DNA of 64,000 nt from an uncultured Clostridia bacterium (GTDB taxonomy: Bacteria; Bacillota; Clostridia; TANB77; UBA1234). The position numbers and the translations under genes were made by a program. The first letter of the stretch is position 1, and the number at the start of each line of letters is the position of its first letter. The stretch covers positions 7,682 through 71,681 of the forward strand of contig CAKPAA010000009.1 in assembly GCA_934132775.1 (NCBI GenBank), in the 5' to 3' direction. Positions 52,816 to 61,600 of the stretch are shown one piece after another. Under the pieces are notes generated by a model, which was not told the DNA's origin, made no database searches, and saw nothing but the letters and a program-made list of their open reading frames with translations.

Positions 52816-52982
52816 TCTTGTTCTGGTGCAGAAACAGGACAAACACCAGCACAGCTTCCACATTCAATGCACTCAGCTGCATTTATTTCGTATTTTGAAT
52901 CTCCCTCACTAATACAAGATACAGGGCAAGAAGCAGCACAAGCACCGCATTTGATGCAAGCATCACTAATTTTATACGCCAT
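52812..52982 (-). CDS. fdx: 2x[4Fe-4S] ferredoxin (56 aa), missed by the >=60-aa ORF track
   Basis: MAYKISDACIKCGACAASCPVSCI...CIECGSCAGVCPV carries two CxxCxxCxxxCP motifs. Perfect RBS AGGAGGTG 8 nt upstream. Confidence 0.75.
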   Translation of the reverse strand: MAYKISDACIKCGACAASCPVSCISEGDSKYEINAAECIECGSCAGVCPVSAPEQE

Positions 52983-53136
52983 TTGAATTCACCTCCTTCG
53001 CATACACCGCTTTATGTCTCGCAATTATATTATTTTCCGTGCAAAAAATCAAATAAAATAATCTTCAACAAATCAAAATTTTATTTAATGAAAACAAATC
53101 TTATTTATTCTCCCACTATTTTTTCAAAACAATATT

Positions 53137-54030
53137 TTATAATTCATCTATTTTAAAGCCTTCTTCTAATGCCTTCAACTCTTTTATATTAACATCTTCA
53201 TATTTATCTTTCTTTTTACTAGATTTTAAAACTTCTATTTCCGAATTCTTAAAATATTTTTTTATAAACGTTCCGTCTTTTTCTAGTTTAACTTTTACTT
53301 CTTCTTTTAAAACTTCAACTTCTTCAACAGTTCCTTTGCCGTCAGGCGTTTTTACCAAAGAGCCAACGTTTGGAAGTCTTGAAATTTTTTCTTCGTAAAC
53401 CTCGTGCTCGTGCTTTAAACAACACATAAGTCTGCCACATACACCAGATATCTTAGTTGGATTTAGTGAAAGGCCTTGTTCCTTTGCCATTTTAATAGAA
53501 ACAGGATTCAAGTCTGTCAAATGATTACAGCAACATAACTCTCTTCCACACATTCCATATCCACCAAGCATTTTAACTTCATCTCTAACGCCTATCTGCC
53601 TTAATTCAATTCTAGTTTTATATATAGCAGCAAGCTCCTTTACAAGCTCTCTAAAATCTATTCTTCCATCTGCAGTAAAATAAAATATTAACTTTGTATT
53701 ATCAAAAGTATATTCCACATCAATAAGCTTCATATTAAGCTTATGTTTCGCAATCTTTTCTTCACAAACTTTATAGGCTTCTTTTGATTTTCTATCGTTC
53801 TCTTCAAAAATTCTTTTATCTTCTTCTGTCGCAATTCTAACAACATTTTTTAAAGGTGCAACAATTCTTTCTTCTTTGACTTTTCCGTTATTTATAGCAA
53901 TTTCTCCAAATTCAAGTCCTCTGGCAGTTTCGACAATAACGCCTTGTCCCTTAGTAAGTTCAAATCCATTTGGATCAAAAAAATAAATCTTCCCTAATTT
54001 TTTAAATTTAACGCCAACAATTTCTCGCAT
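53137..54030 (-). CDS. ricT: PSP1 C-terminal domain protein (RicT/YaaT)
   Basis: Conserved Cys cluster GMCGRELCCCNHL...GVCGRLMCCL. In the holB neighbourhood, as in Bacillus. Confidence 0.85.
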   Translation of the reverse strand: MREIVGVKFKKLGKIYFFDPNGFELTKGQGVIVETARGLEFGEIAINNGKVKEERIVAPLKNVVRIATEEDKRIFEENDRKSKEAYKVCEEKIAKHKLNMKLIDVEYTFDNTKLIFYFTADGRIDFRELVKELAAIYKTRIELRQIGVRDEVKMLGGYGMCGRELCCCNHLTDLNPVSIKMAKEQGLSLNPTKISGVCGRLMCCLKHEHEVYEEKISRLPNVGSLVKTPDGKGTVEEVEVLKEEVKVKLEKDGTFIKKYFKNSEIEVLKSSKKKDKYEDVNIKELKALEEGFKIDEL

Positions 54031-54041
54031 TATTTCACTCC

Positions 54042-54917
54042 TTACAACCTACACACACTAATCGTCAACATATCTAGTGCAAGGTCAACATTTGCATTTT
54101 TCTTTAAATTTTGTAAAGTCTGAGATACATTTTCAATAAAAGATATATCGAACTTTGGATTATTCTTTAACTTGCCGTGGTATATGTATAAAACTTTTTC
54201 TAATATATCCACAATATTAGCTTTCATAGTTTTATCTGCTTTTATTCCCTCAAACTTTTTATTTATCTTTAAAAAATCTCTTTCAAGTAATAACTCTGAA
54301 ATTTCCTTAGCAATACTAAAATTTTCATCATTTGAAAACTCTATAATCTTCTCTATGGAACCATTTGAAAAATTATAAGCGTCTTCACTAACCGTTTCGC
54401 CAATAATTTTCTCAATCTCGTCCTTTGATAAATTTCCAAACTTAAATTCCACAACTCTTGATTTTATAGTACTTAAAAGTTTTTCTTTATTAGAAACAAT
54501 TAAAATAATCGTTGCATATTCAGGTGGTTCTTCTAATATTTTCAAAAGTGCATTCTGTGCTTGTTCATTCATACAGTCTGCGTCATCTATAATAAAAACT
54601 TTTCTTTTCGATATAGTCGGTAGCAAAAAAAGCTCTTTGCTCAAATCTCTAATCATATCAACTTTGATTACATCTTTTTCAGGAGATATAATCTTAAAAT
54701 CAGAATTATTTTCAAAAGTTTTGCATATTGTACATTCTTCACAAGGTTCACCATCAATGTGATTATCACATAAAATTGCTTTTGCAAATTCAGTAGCAAT
54801 AAGCTTCTTACCTATACTTTTTCTGCCAACAAATAAATAAGCATGACCAATAGCATTAGATTTAATTATGTCTTTAAGTTTAAGTTTTTCTTTAATATGT
54901 CCAATACTTTTAATCAT
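54042..54917 (-). CDS. holB: DNA polymerase III subunit delta'
   Basis: AAA+ clamp-loader fold with HAYLFVGRKSIGK...CxxC zinc module. 291 aa. Confidence 0.85.
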   Translation of the reverse strand: MIKSIGHIKEKLKLKDIIKSNAIGHAYLFVGRKSIGKKLIATEFAKAILCDNHIDGEPCEECTICKTFENNSDFKIISPEKDVIKVDMIRDLSKELFLLPTISKRKVFIIDDADCMNEQAQNALLKILEEPPEYATIILIVSNKEKLLSTIKSRVVEFKFGNLSKDEIEKIIGETVSEDAYNFSNGSIEKIIEFSNDENFSIAKEISELLLERDFLKINKKFEGIKADKTMKANIVDILEKVLYIYHGKLKNNPKFDISFIENVSQTLQNLKKNANVDLALDMLTISVCRL

Positions 54918-54937
54918 ACTTACAACACCTCTTCTAG

Positions 54938-55609
54938 TTATTTATCTATTTTGCCAAACTTTGCAACTGGCCAAATTCTGTATTTTACTCTTCCCTCAAC
55001 TTTGCTAATAGGTATACAACCAAATTCTCTACTATCACTTGAGCCAGAACGGTTATCACCCATAACAAAAAGATACCCCTCAGGCACTTCAACATCATAA
55101 TAATCACCAGTTATAGGAGTTTCAATTCCATTCAAATAAACTTCTGATAACTTTTGATCATTAACGTAGACAGCACCATTTTTTATTACAACATGGTCAC
55201 CTGGTAAACCAATTATTCTTTTTATAAAACTAACCTTAGTTACTTCAATAACATCGTGTAAAAAGACATCCCAGACACCGTGTCTTTCATCATACATTCC
55301 AAGACCATCAACACTTCTTACAGGCTTTTCAAATGTTATTATATCACCTCTATATAGCGGTAAATTGAATGTTCTCACCAATCTATTTATAAGCACTCTC
55401 TCGCCGTCTCTAATTGTTGGCGTCATAGAAGTCTGCCTAACAAGCGTTGGTGTAAAAACGAAATACCTAATTAAAATCGCAACCGTAAATGCTACAAGAA
55501 GGCACGCAACCCAATCAAAAATTTCTCTTACAAGTGACTTTTGAACTGGTAAATCTTTTCCTTCTTTTATATCAATTTGCATATCTTTCATTAAATTCAC
55601 CTCTCGCAA
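54938..55609 (-). CDS. lepB: signal peptidase I
   Basis: SMTPTI (Ser box), GDNRSGSSDSREFG (box E). N-terminal TM. Confidence 0.85.
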   Translation of the reverse strand: MREVNLMKDMQIDIKEGKDLPVQKSLVREIFDWVACLLVAFTVAILIRYFVFTPTLVRQTSMTPTIRDGERVLINRLVRTFNLPLYRGDIITFEKPVRSVDGLGMYDERHGVWDVFLHDVIEVTKVSFIKRIIGLPGDHVVIKNGAVYVNDQKLSEVYLNGIETPITGDYYDVEVPEGYLFVMGDNRSGSSDSREFGCIPISKVEGRVKYRIWPVAKFGKIDK

Positions 55610-55726
55610 GTTATTATACTACAAAATAAAATCGTGTACAACACTTTTTATATATTCGAGAAATGATGCCAAGTATTGATAAAAAATTTGTAATTATTTA
55701 ACTAATATCTTGCATCCCACCTAAAA

Positions 55727-55752
55727 CAAAGGATTATAGCCTGAGCCATAAT
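55727..55752 (-). terminator. terminator hairpin downstream of the toxin-antitoxin operon
   Basis: aggattat-agcctgagcc-ataatcct. The minus-strand RNA continues UUGUUUUAGG. Confidence 0.4.
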
Positions 55753-55766
55753 CCTAAAACAACTTT

Positions 55767-56043
55767 TTATTTAAATAAATTTGAATGAGTTTCGATATCA
55801 AATAATAACAAAACTAACCTTTCTTTTTCAATTTTATATATTAAAACTAAATCTGGTAATATGTGACAATCATAATAACCTTTGAAATTGCCTTTCAATG
55901 CGTGATTTTTGTATTTTTCCGGCAATGTTTCGCCTTTTGATAAAATATCAATTACATCAGTTAATAACTTTGTATCAAGGCCGTCTTTTTTTAGCCTTTT
56001 TTACACTTTGTTTAAACCTATTTGTTACCTCAATTTTATACAT
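55767..56043 (-). pseudogene. yafQ: YafQ/RelE-family type II toxin, frameshifted in an A7 tract (T-run 55986-55992 on plus)
   Basis: MYKIEVTNRFKQSVKKAKKRRP* in frame 1. The +1 frame continues KKDGLDTKLLTDVIDILSKGETLPEKYKNHALKGNFKGYYDCHILPDLVLIYKIEKERLVLLLFDIETHSNLFK. With six A's instead of seven this is a continuous 92-aa YafQ-like protein. Confidence 0.6.
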
Positions 56044-56046
56044 ACA

Positions 56047-56352
56047 CTAATCCTCTTCTAATTCTTTCATCAATTCTTCTGCACTGTTATAAGTTTTACC
56101 GTCAACATCTTTTTCTATCTCTTTTATATCCATCTTACTATAATCGTGCAAATGTCCGTATTCACATATATAAGAGCCATAGCCATCGTTCAATTCAACA
56201 GGACCTTTTCTTTTTAAACTAAATGGTATACCGTTATTTATTTTTATTTGATGTAAAAACAAGTTTATTGCTTCACTCAAAGATAAACCTAAATCGTCTA
56301 ATATTGGAGTTACTTCTTTTTTTATATTATCATTTATTCTTACAGTAGACAT
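56047..56352 (-). CDS. dinJ: RelB/DinJ-family type II antitoxin
   Basis: N-terminal NIKKEVTPILDDLGLSLSEAINLFLHQI ribbon-helix-helix. Its stop overlaps the toxin start (TAGTGTATG). Confidence 0.7.
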   Translation of the reverse strand: MSTVRINDNIKKEVTPILDDLGLSLSEAINLFLHQIKINNGIPFSLKRKGPVELNDGYGSYICEYGHLHDYSKMDIKEIEKDVDGKTYNSAEELMKELEED

Positions 56353-56430
56353 ATTTCATCACTCCTTTTCATCATCTTGTATACATTATACATAATATTG
56401 TATACATTTGTCAACATTTTGTATACAATA

Positions 56431-58248
56431 TTATTTTTTCTTCTTTGGTTTGTAAGTTGGAATTGTGATTATAACTTCCGTACCTTTGCCTACTTCACTC
56501 TTGATATCAATGCTTCCGGCATTTGATTCAATAATTTCTTTGGCAATTGACAAACCTAATCCCGTTCCGCCCATTTCTCTTGAACGAGCCTTATCAACCC
56601 TATAAAATCTTTCAAAAACTCTTGGCAAATCTTCCTTCGGTATTCCAATTCCATTATCAATTATTTTTATATATGCATCATCGTGGACTGCACCAATGTA
56701 CACTTTTATATTGCCTTGTTCAGGCGTGTACTTAACACTATTTATAAGTATATTGGTTATTACTTGTTCTATTCCGTCTCTATCTCCATAAACTTCTGGC
56801 ACGTTTGAAGTTACGTAACATTCTAATAGTTGTTCCTTTTTCTCTGCTTGAATCTTATGCTTTTCACAAATTTGCTTTGTAAGTTCTGTTATATCAAAAT
56901 TTACCTTGTTCCAAGCAACTTTTTTATAATCGAATTTTGTAAGTTGCAATAAATCACTAACAAGTCTAGTCATTCTATTTGCTTCTGATAAAATAACATT
57001 CAAAAACTTATTCTTACTTTCGCCATCTAAATCGTCTTCTTCTAACAAGGTTTCAGTGTATGTTTTTATTGAAGTAAGTGGTGTCTTTAATTCGTGAGAA
57101 ACATTTGATACAAATTCTTTTCTCATATCGTCAAGTTTAGCTTGTTTGGTGCTATCGTGAATTACAACAATAATTCCTGTTGGCTTATCTTGTTCATTTC
57201 TGAAAGGAGCAAAAAATACATTCAAATATTTGCCATCATTTAAAATAACTGTATCTGTTGAAGTCCAGTCTTTCAAATAAACTACTTTTTCTATATTAAC
57301 ATCAATATTAAATTTTCCAAAAATTTCTTCAAAACTCTTTACGTTCTCAAATCCCAACATCTTTTTAGCAGCTAAATTTGCATGTGTTAATCTACCTGAA
57401 ATATTAAACGCTAGAACTCCATCTGTAAGGTGCATAAGTATAGTTTCTAGTCTATTTTTTTCGCTCGAAATTTCATTCATATTATTCTGAATCTGTTCCA
57501 TAAGCATATTAAATGTATCTATAAGTTTTGAAATTTCGTAACCTGCTTTTTGTTTGTCTGTAACTGTAACCATTGAAATATTACCACTTGCCATAAGTTC
57601 TGCTTTATTAGTTAAAAGCTCAATAGGTTTTGTTATAGATCGACCAATTATTAAAGTTATAACAAGAGTTACAAATATGATAACTCCAAGAGTTAGTAGG
57701 TATAATCCTCTAATCTGGTTTAGCTGATTATTTATATATGCCTTACTTTGAGATATTAAAATAATAAGCTTTCCGCCTGCCACATCATTTGTTTCAATTA
57801 TATATGCAAATAAATAAGAAAAATCATCTTCAACAGCATATTTTTCGGGAGACTTTTCAGCAGCAGCTATGCATTTTTTTGCAGCATCAGTCAATTCATA
57901 CTTACTATTTGATAGCAAATCTGTATAGTCTGCATCTAAAACAACGCCATATCTGCTAGCATTATTTAAAGCAAAATATATTTTAAAATTTCTATAAAAC
58001 TCGTCTAAATCAACTTTCGTAACCACTGCTGGGCCTTGCTGTTCAGGCAAAAGTTCAATATCATCTTCGTCTTTTAATCTCATATTTAGATTATATCCGG
58101 AAATGTTATTAAGCATTTCATCAACAAAACCTGTATAATACACTTGTTCTATTTTAACCATTGAAAATATTCCAATACCTGAAATTGCAGTAACAATTAA
58201 AATAACGAATATTAAAATAAGTTTAAGCTGCAAACTCTTCCAAAACAT
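56431..58248 (-). CDS. walK: two-component sensor histidine kinase, WalK (YycG)-like: 2 TM, extracellular domain, HAMP/PAS, HisKA, HATPase
   Basis: H-box SHELKTPLTSI, G-boxes GGTGLGLSIAKEII. It pairs with the WalR-like regulator upstream. Confidence 0.75.
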   Translation of the reverse strand: MFWKSLQLKLILIFVILIVTAISGIGIFSMVKIEQVYYTGFVDEMLNNISGYNLNMRLKDEDDIELLPEQQGPAVVTKVDLDEFYRNFKIYFALNNASRYGVVLDADYTDLLSNSKYELTDAAKKCIAAAEKSPEKYAVEDDFSYLFAYIIETNDVAGGKLIILISQSKAYINNQLNQIRGLYLLTLGVIIFVTLVITLIIGRSITKPIELLTNKAELMASGNISMVTVTDKQKAGYEISKLIDTFNMLMEQIQNNMNEISSEKNRLETILMHLTDGVLAFNISGRLTHANLAAKKMLGFENVKSFEEIFGKFNIDVNIEKVVYLKDWTSTDTVILNDGKYLNVFFAPFRNEQDKPTGIIVVIHDSTKQAKLDDMRKEFVSNVSHELKTPLTSIKTYTETLLEEDDLDGESKNKFLNVILSEANRMTRLVSDLLQLTKFDYKKVAWNKVNFDITELTKQICEKHKIQAEKKEQLLECYVTSNVPEVYGDRDGIEQVITNILINSVKYTPEQGNIKVYIGAVHDDAYIKIIDNGIGIPKEDLPRVFERFYRVDKARSREMGGTGLGLSIAKEIIESNAGSIDIKSEVGKGTEVIITIPTYKPKKKK

Positions 58249-58387
58249 AACTACACCTCTTTCAAGAACTCACAAATTTATATAAATCACACATTTATTT
58301 TAAACGACATGACTGTCGTACATCAAAAAAACCAGACAAAATTTTCTTTTGCCTGGGAATTTTCATTAAAATAAATTTAATTTTAAA

Positions 58388-59101
58388 TTAGGCATTGAAA
58401 TAATAGCCTATTCCTCTCTTTGTTGCCAATAATTCAGGAGTACTTGGATTTCTTTCTATTTTTTCTCTAATTCTTCTTACTGTTACATCAACCGTTCTAA
58501 CATCTCCAAAATATTCATAACCCCAGACCTTTTCAAGTAATTCTTCTCTTGAAAAAACTTGTCCTTTTTGAGTTGCTAAAAACTTAAGAAGTTCAAACTC
58601 TCTTAAAGTTAAGTCTACGTTCTTTCCATCAACTTTTGTTTCGTATTTATATGTGTCTAAAACTAATGGTCCAAATTCAAGCATAGAGTTTTTAGTATCA
58701 TCAGTATTTTCAGCATCTTTTTTGTTTGTTTCAATTCCGTCCCATTTTCTAAGATTAGCTTTAATTCTAGCCATTACTTCTCTTACACTAAAAGGCTTTG
58801 TAATGTAGTCATCTGCTCCAAGTTCTAAACCAATTACTTTATCAACAACGTCTTCCTTAGCAGTAACCATTATTATTGGAGTATTGTCTGTTTGTCTTAT
58901 TGTTTTGCAAACTGAAAAGCCATCCATTTTTGGTAACATTACATCTAGTAAAACTAGATCTGGCTTTTCTTTCTTAAAAACGTTTAATGCTTCTTCTCCA
59001 TCATATGCTTGAAGAGTGCTATATCCATCTTTTCTCAAATTATGATTTAATATATCTACAATAGCTTTCTCATCGTCAACAATTAAAATCTTTTTATTCA
59101 C
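58388..59101 (-). CDS. walR: OmpR-family response regulator, WalR (YycF)-like
   Basis: ILIVDDEKAIVDILNHNLRKDGY...LLDVMLPKMDGF...IIMVTAKEDVVDKVIGLELGADDYITKPFS aligns nearly residue-for-residue with WalR. Confidence 0.85.
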   Translation of the reverse strand: MNKKILIVDDEKAIVDILNHNLRKDGYSTLQAYDGEEALNVFKKEKPDLVLLDVMLPKMDGFSVCKTIRQTDNTPIIMVTAKEDVVDKVIGLELGADDYITKPFSVREVMARIKANLRKWDGIETNKKDAENTDDTKNSMLEFGPLVLDTYKYETKVDGKNVDLTLREFELLKFLATQKGQVFSREELLEKVWGYEYFGDVRTVDVTVRRIREKIERNPSTPELLATKRGIGYYFNA

Positions 59102-59245
59102 AATATATCCCTCCTCCTACGGATATAATTATTCAACTATTTTTATTATCTATTATTAACTTACAAAAGTCAATGTTAATTTTAGTTAAATTAAAAAAGA
59201 GCTACCCAACTTATAATTTGAGTAACTCTTTCTCTTTTTATACTA

Positions 59246-60265
59246 CTAATCATATATGAAAACTTCAGGATTTATAGCTGTGCCTTCATATCTTATTTCT
59301 AAGTGTAAGTGTGGTCCTGTTGATCTGCCAGTGCTACCAACGTTTGCTATAATGTCGCCCTGCTGCACCTCATCTCCAACAGAAGCTAATATTTTACTGC
59401 AATGTCCATAATACGTTTCATATCCACCGGTGTGTTGAACTTTAACTAAATAACCATACGCTCCACTCCAACCAGCAAATGTAACAACACCTGATTCAGC
59501 AGCAGCAATTGGTGTTCCAGTTGGGCAAGCCAAATCTATACCTGCATGATTATTTCTTGTTCTTGGACCAAATCTTGATGTAATAACTGGGTTACTTACA
59601 GGAAGTTCAAAATTCAATTCAGATAAATTTTCTTTTAACGCAAGTAAAACAGCATTTGAAACTGTTCTTCCAGCAGTTGGTGCTACCTTAATTTCTTTTA
59701 TAGAATCATTCAATTTCTTAATTGGTTCAAATATGGTATTAACTGCAAGTTCAACGTCACCAGATAATTCATACGCTGTAAGATATTTTTCTTCTATCTC
59801 CAATTCTGATTTTTCTTTGTACTTATCCTGTTTTTCATTTACTTCATCTATTATCTCCTGTGCTGTCTCTAATGAGTCAACAGTCGATTTTTCGTCTCCA
59901 TCAACTAAAACAGAATAAACTCTATAATATACATCGCAATTATCTTTAATCATTGCTAGTATCTTTTCTTCTTCGGTAGGAATATTCTTGTTTACAAGAA
60001 GCATTTCGTAACTAACTTTTGCATTCATAACAACGTATCCAACATTTTCTGCGTCACCGTTGATTATATAATCATCAATCTCTTTTTCAAGAGCCAATTT
60101 ACTTGTTATATATCCTGCATCTTCTTGGTTTATCTTAACTCCATAAACAACTTTATATTTCATAAACATGAATGAAGCTACAATAACAGCGCCAAAAAAT
60201 ACAGACATTATTAACTTGGAAAGTATTTTAGTCACTAAACGTGCTTTAACTGATATTCTCAGCAA
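59246..60265 (-). CDS. M23 family metallopeptidase (LytM-like) with N-terminal TM
   Basis: HAGIDLA...GYLVKVQH...HLHLEI motifs. Upstream of walRK. Confidence 0.85.
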   Translation of the reverse strand: MLRISVKARLVTKILSKLIMSVFFGAVIVASFMFMKYKVVYGVKINQEDAGYITSKLALEKEIDDYIINGDAENVGYVVMNAKVSYEMLLVNKNIPTEEEKILAMIKDNCDVYYRVYSVLVDGDEKSTVDSLETAQEIIDEVNEKQDKYKEKSELEIEEKYLTAYELSGDVELAVNTIFEPIKKLNDSIKEIKVAPTAGRTVSNAVLLALKENLSELNFELPVSNPVITSRFGPRTRNNHAGIDLACPTGTPIAAAESGVVTFAGWSGAYGYLVKVQHTGGYETYYGHCSKILASVGDEVQQGDIIANVGSTGRSTGPHLHLEIRYEGTAINPEVFIYD

Positions 60266-60536
60266 AACGTCATCCCCTTTTTCAAAGTTTTAATTTTCAA
60301 AGCATAATTATTTTACTATAACTTACCAAAAGTAGCAAGTCTTTTTGCAATTTATATAGACTATTTTGGATAATTTTCAAAAATTATCCGCTGTTTGCTC
60401 TTGTTTTCTTACTTTTTTGAAACATATCTCGTATTTTCTGCAAGCATATGTTTTAAAAGCAAGAAAATAAAAGAAATAATAAATAATAGTTGTATATTTT
60501 GTAAAAATTTAAAAATGTGGCATATTTTAGATAAAT

Positions 60537-61046
60537 TTAGCCATTTTTGCTTTTTAAATATTGATTCAAAATATCTTCATATGTGTAAAAATAGTATCCA
60601 TCAACTTCAACACCGTCAACCAAATACACTTCAATATCCTCAATATCATCCGCACCAACAATATAACTAAACTCGATATCTCTCACGCCCAACTGCTCTT
60701 CCATACGCCTTTTTAATGAATCTGAAACAGTGCTATCTCCAAAGCCCAAGTAATAATATTCATTTCCGTCTTTCAAATTCCAGCCTACTTTGGGGTTATA
60801 TTGACTAATATCTTCTATTTTTTCGCCCATTAACATTTTATTCATATCATACTTATCTGGATCTGTTTCATTTAAAGTTTTTAACTCTTGCATAGCATTT
60901 CTAACAGTATATATTTCGTTATACACCTTTGAAAATTTAGTTTCTTTTAGCAAATCCTTCGATGAAAAAACAGAAGCTGCTGCTAAAATTATAATAATTA
61001 TTATAACAACCATTACACTAATTACCGTTACACCTCTTTGGCTCTT
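60537..61046 (-). CDS. type IV pilin-like protein (about 169 aa) with Ser at +5
   Basis: MKSQRG|VTVISVMVVIIIIIILAAASVF matches a prepilin-type signal. Paralogous to the adjacent gene (shared K[ED]xLxETxxxKxYxE motif). The listed ORF start at 61133 overlaps the upstream gene, so MKSQRG at 61046 is more likely. Confidence 0.5.
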   Translation of the reverse strand, partial: KSQRGVTVISVMVVIIIIIILAAASVFSSKDLLKETKFSKVYNEIYTVRNAMQELKTLNETDPDKYDMNKMLMGEKIEDISQYNPKVGWNLKDGNEYYYLGFGDSTVSDSLKRRMEEQLGVRDIEFSYIVGADDIEDIEVYLVDGVEVDGYYFYTYEDILNQYLKSKNG

Positions 61047-61092
61047 CATAAAACGCCTCATTCCTTTCTTATTGTTAAAAACCACATATAAA

Positions 61093-61587
61093 TTAGACAT
61101 TTCCAGTCTCAGCAGCATTTCTAACATCTTCAAACGTTCTTAAATCCTTGCTACCTATTCTTTGAGGCTTGTATAATTCAACATCAGAAGTCTTAAAATC
61201 TACTATATATGTGTTTTCTATTGCATCTAATCCTAATGTATCTTTTACTACACTTGCATCATATAGTTCTTTTTGGTCTGCTCCTAAAATTATGTACCAG
61301 TCTTCTTGATTGTCTAAAACGTTTTCGCCGTATTCCACGTCAACAGCAGCCACAAAAGGCGAATCGTAATGTACACCTTGTTTTATTTCAAAACCGGGTT
61401 CCATATCATATTTCAAAGCAACTGCATTAACAGCAGATTTAATAGACAACATTTCAGAATACAACTTTGTAATTTGAGTTTCTGTAAGTGTTTCTCTACT
61501 AGGAAAAACTGAAAAGCTTATTATTAGTAATATTATTACCACAACAACAACAAGTTCAATCATTGTGACACCACTTTTTAATCTCAC
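61093..61587 (-). CDS. type IV pilin / pseudopilin-like protein (164 aa), canonical G|VTMIEL with Glu+5
   Basis: MRLKSG|VTMIELVVVVVIILLIISF. Lies immediately downstream of pcrA. Confidence 0.6.
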   Translation of the reverse strand: MRLKSGVTMIELVVVVVIILLIISFSVFPSRETLTETQITKLYSEMLSIKSAVNAVALKYDMEPGFEIKQGVHYDSPFVAAVDVEYGENVLDNQEDWYIILGADQKELYDASVVKDTLGLDAIENTYIVDFKTSDVELYKPQRIGSKDLRTFEDVRNAAETGNV

Positions 61588-61600
61588 CTTAATTCCTCCT

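Noticed and set aside
52711-52986. Plus-strand 91-aa ORF
   Set aside because: It lies antisense to the bona fide ferredoxin gene, and its Cys/Ala-rich translation is a reverse-frame artefact.
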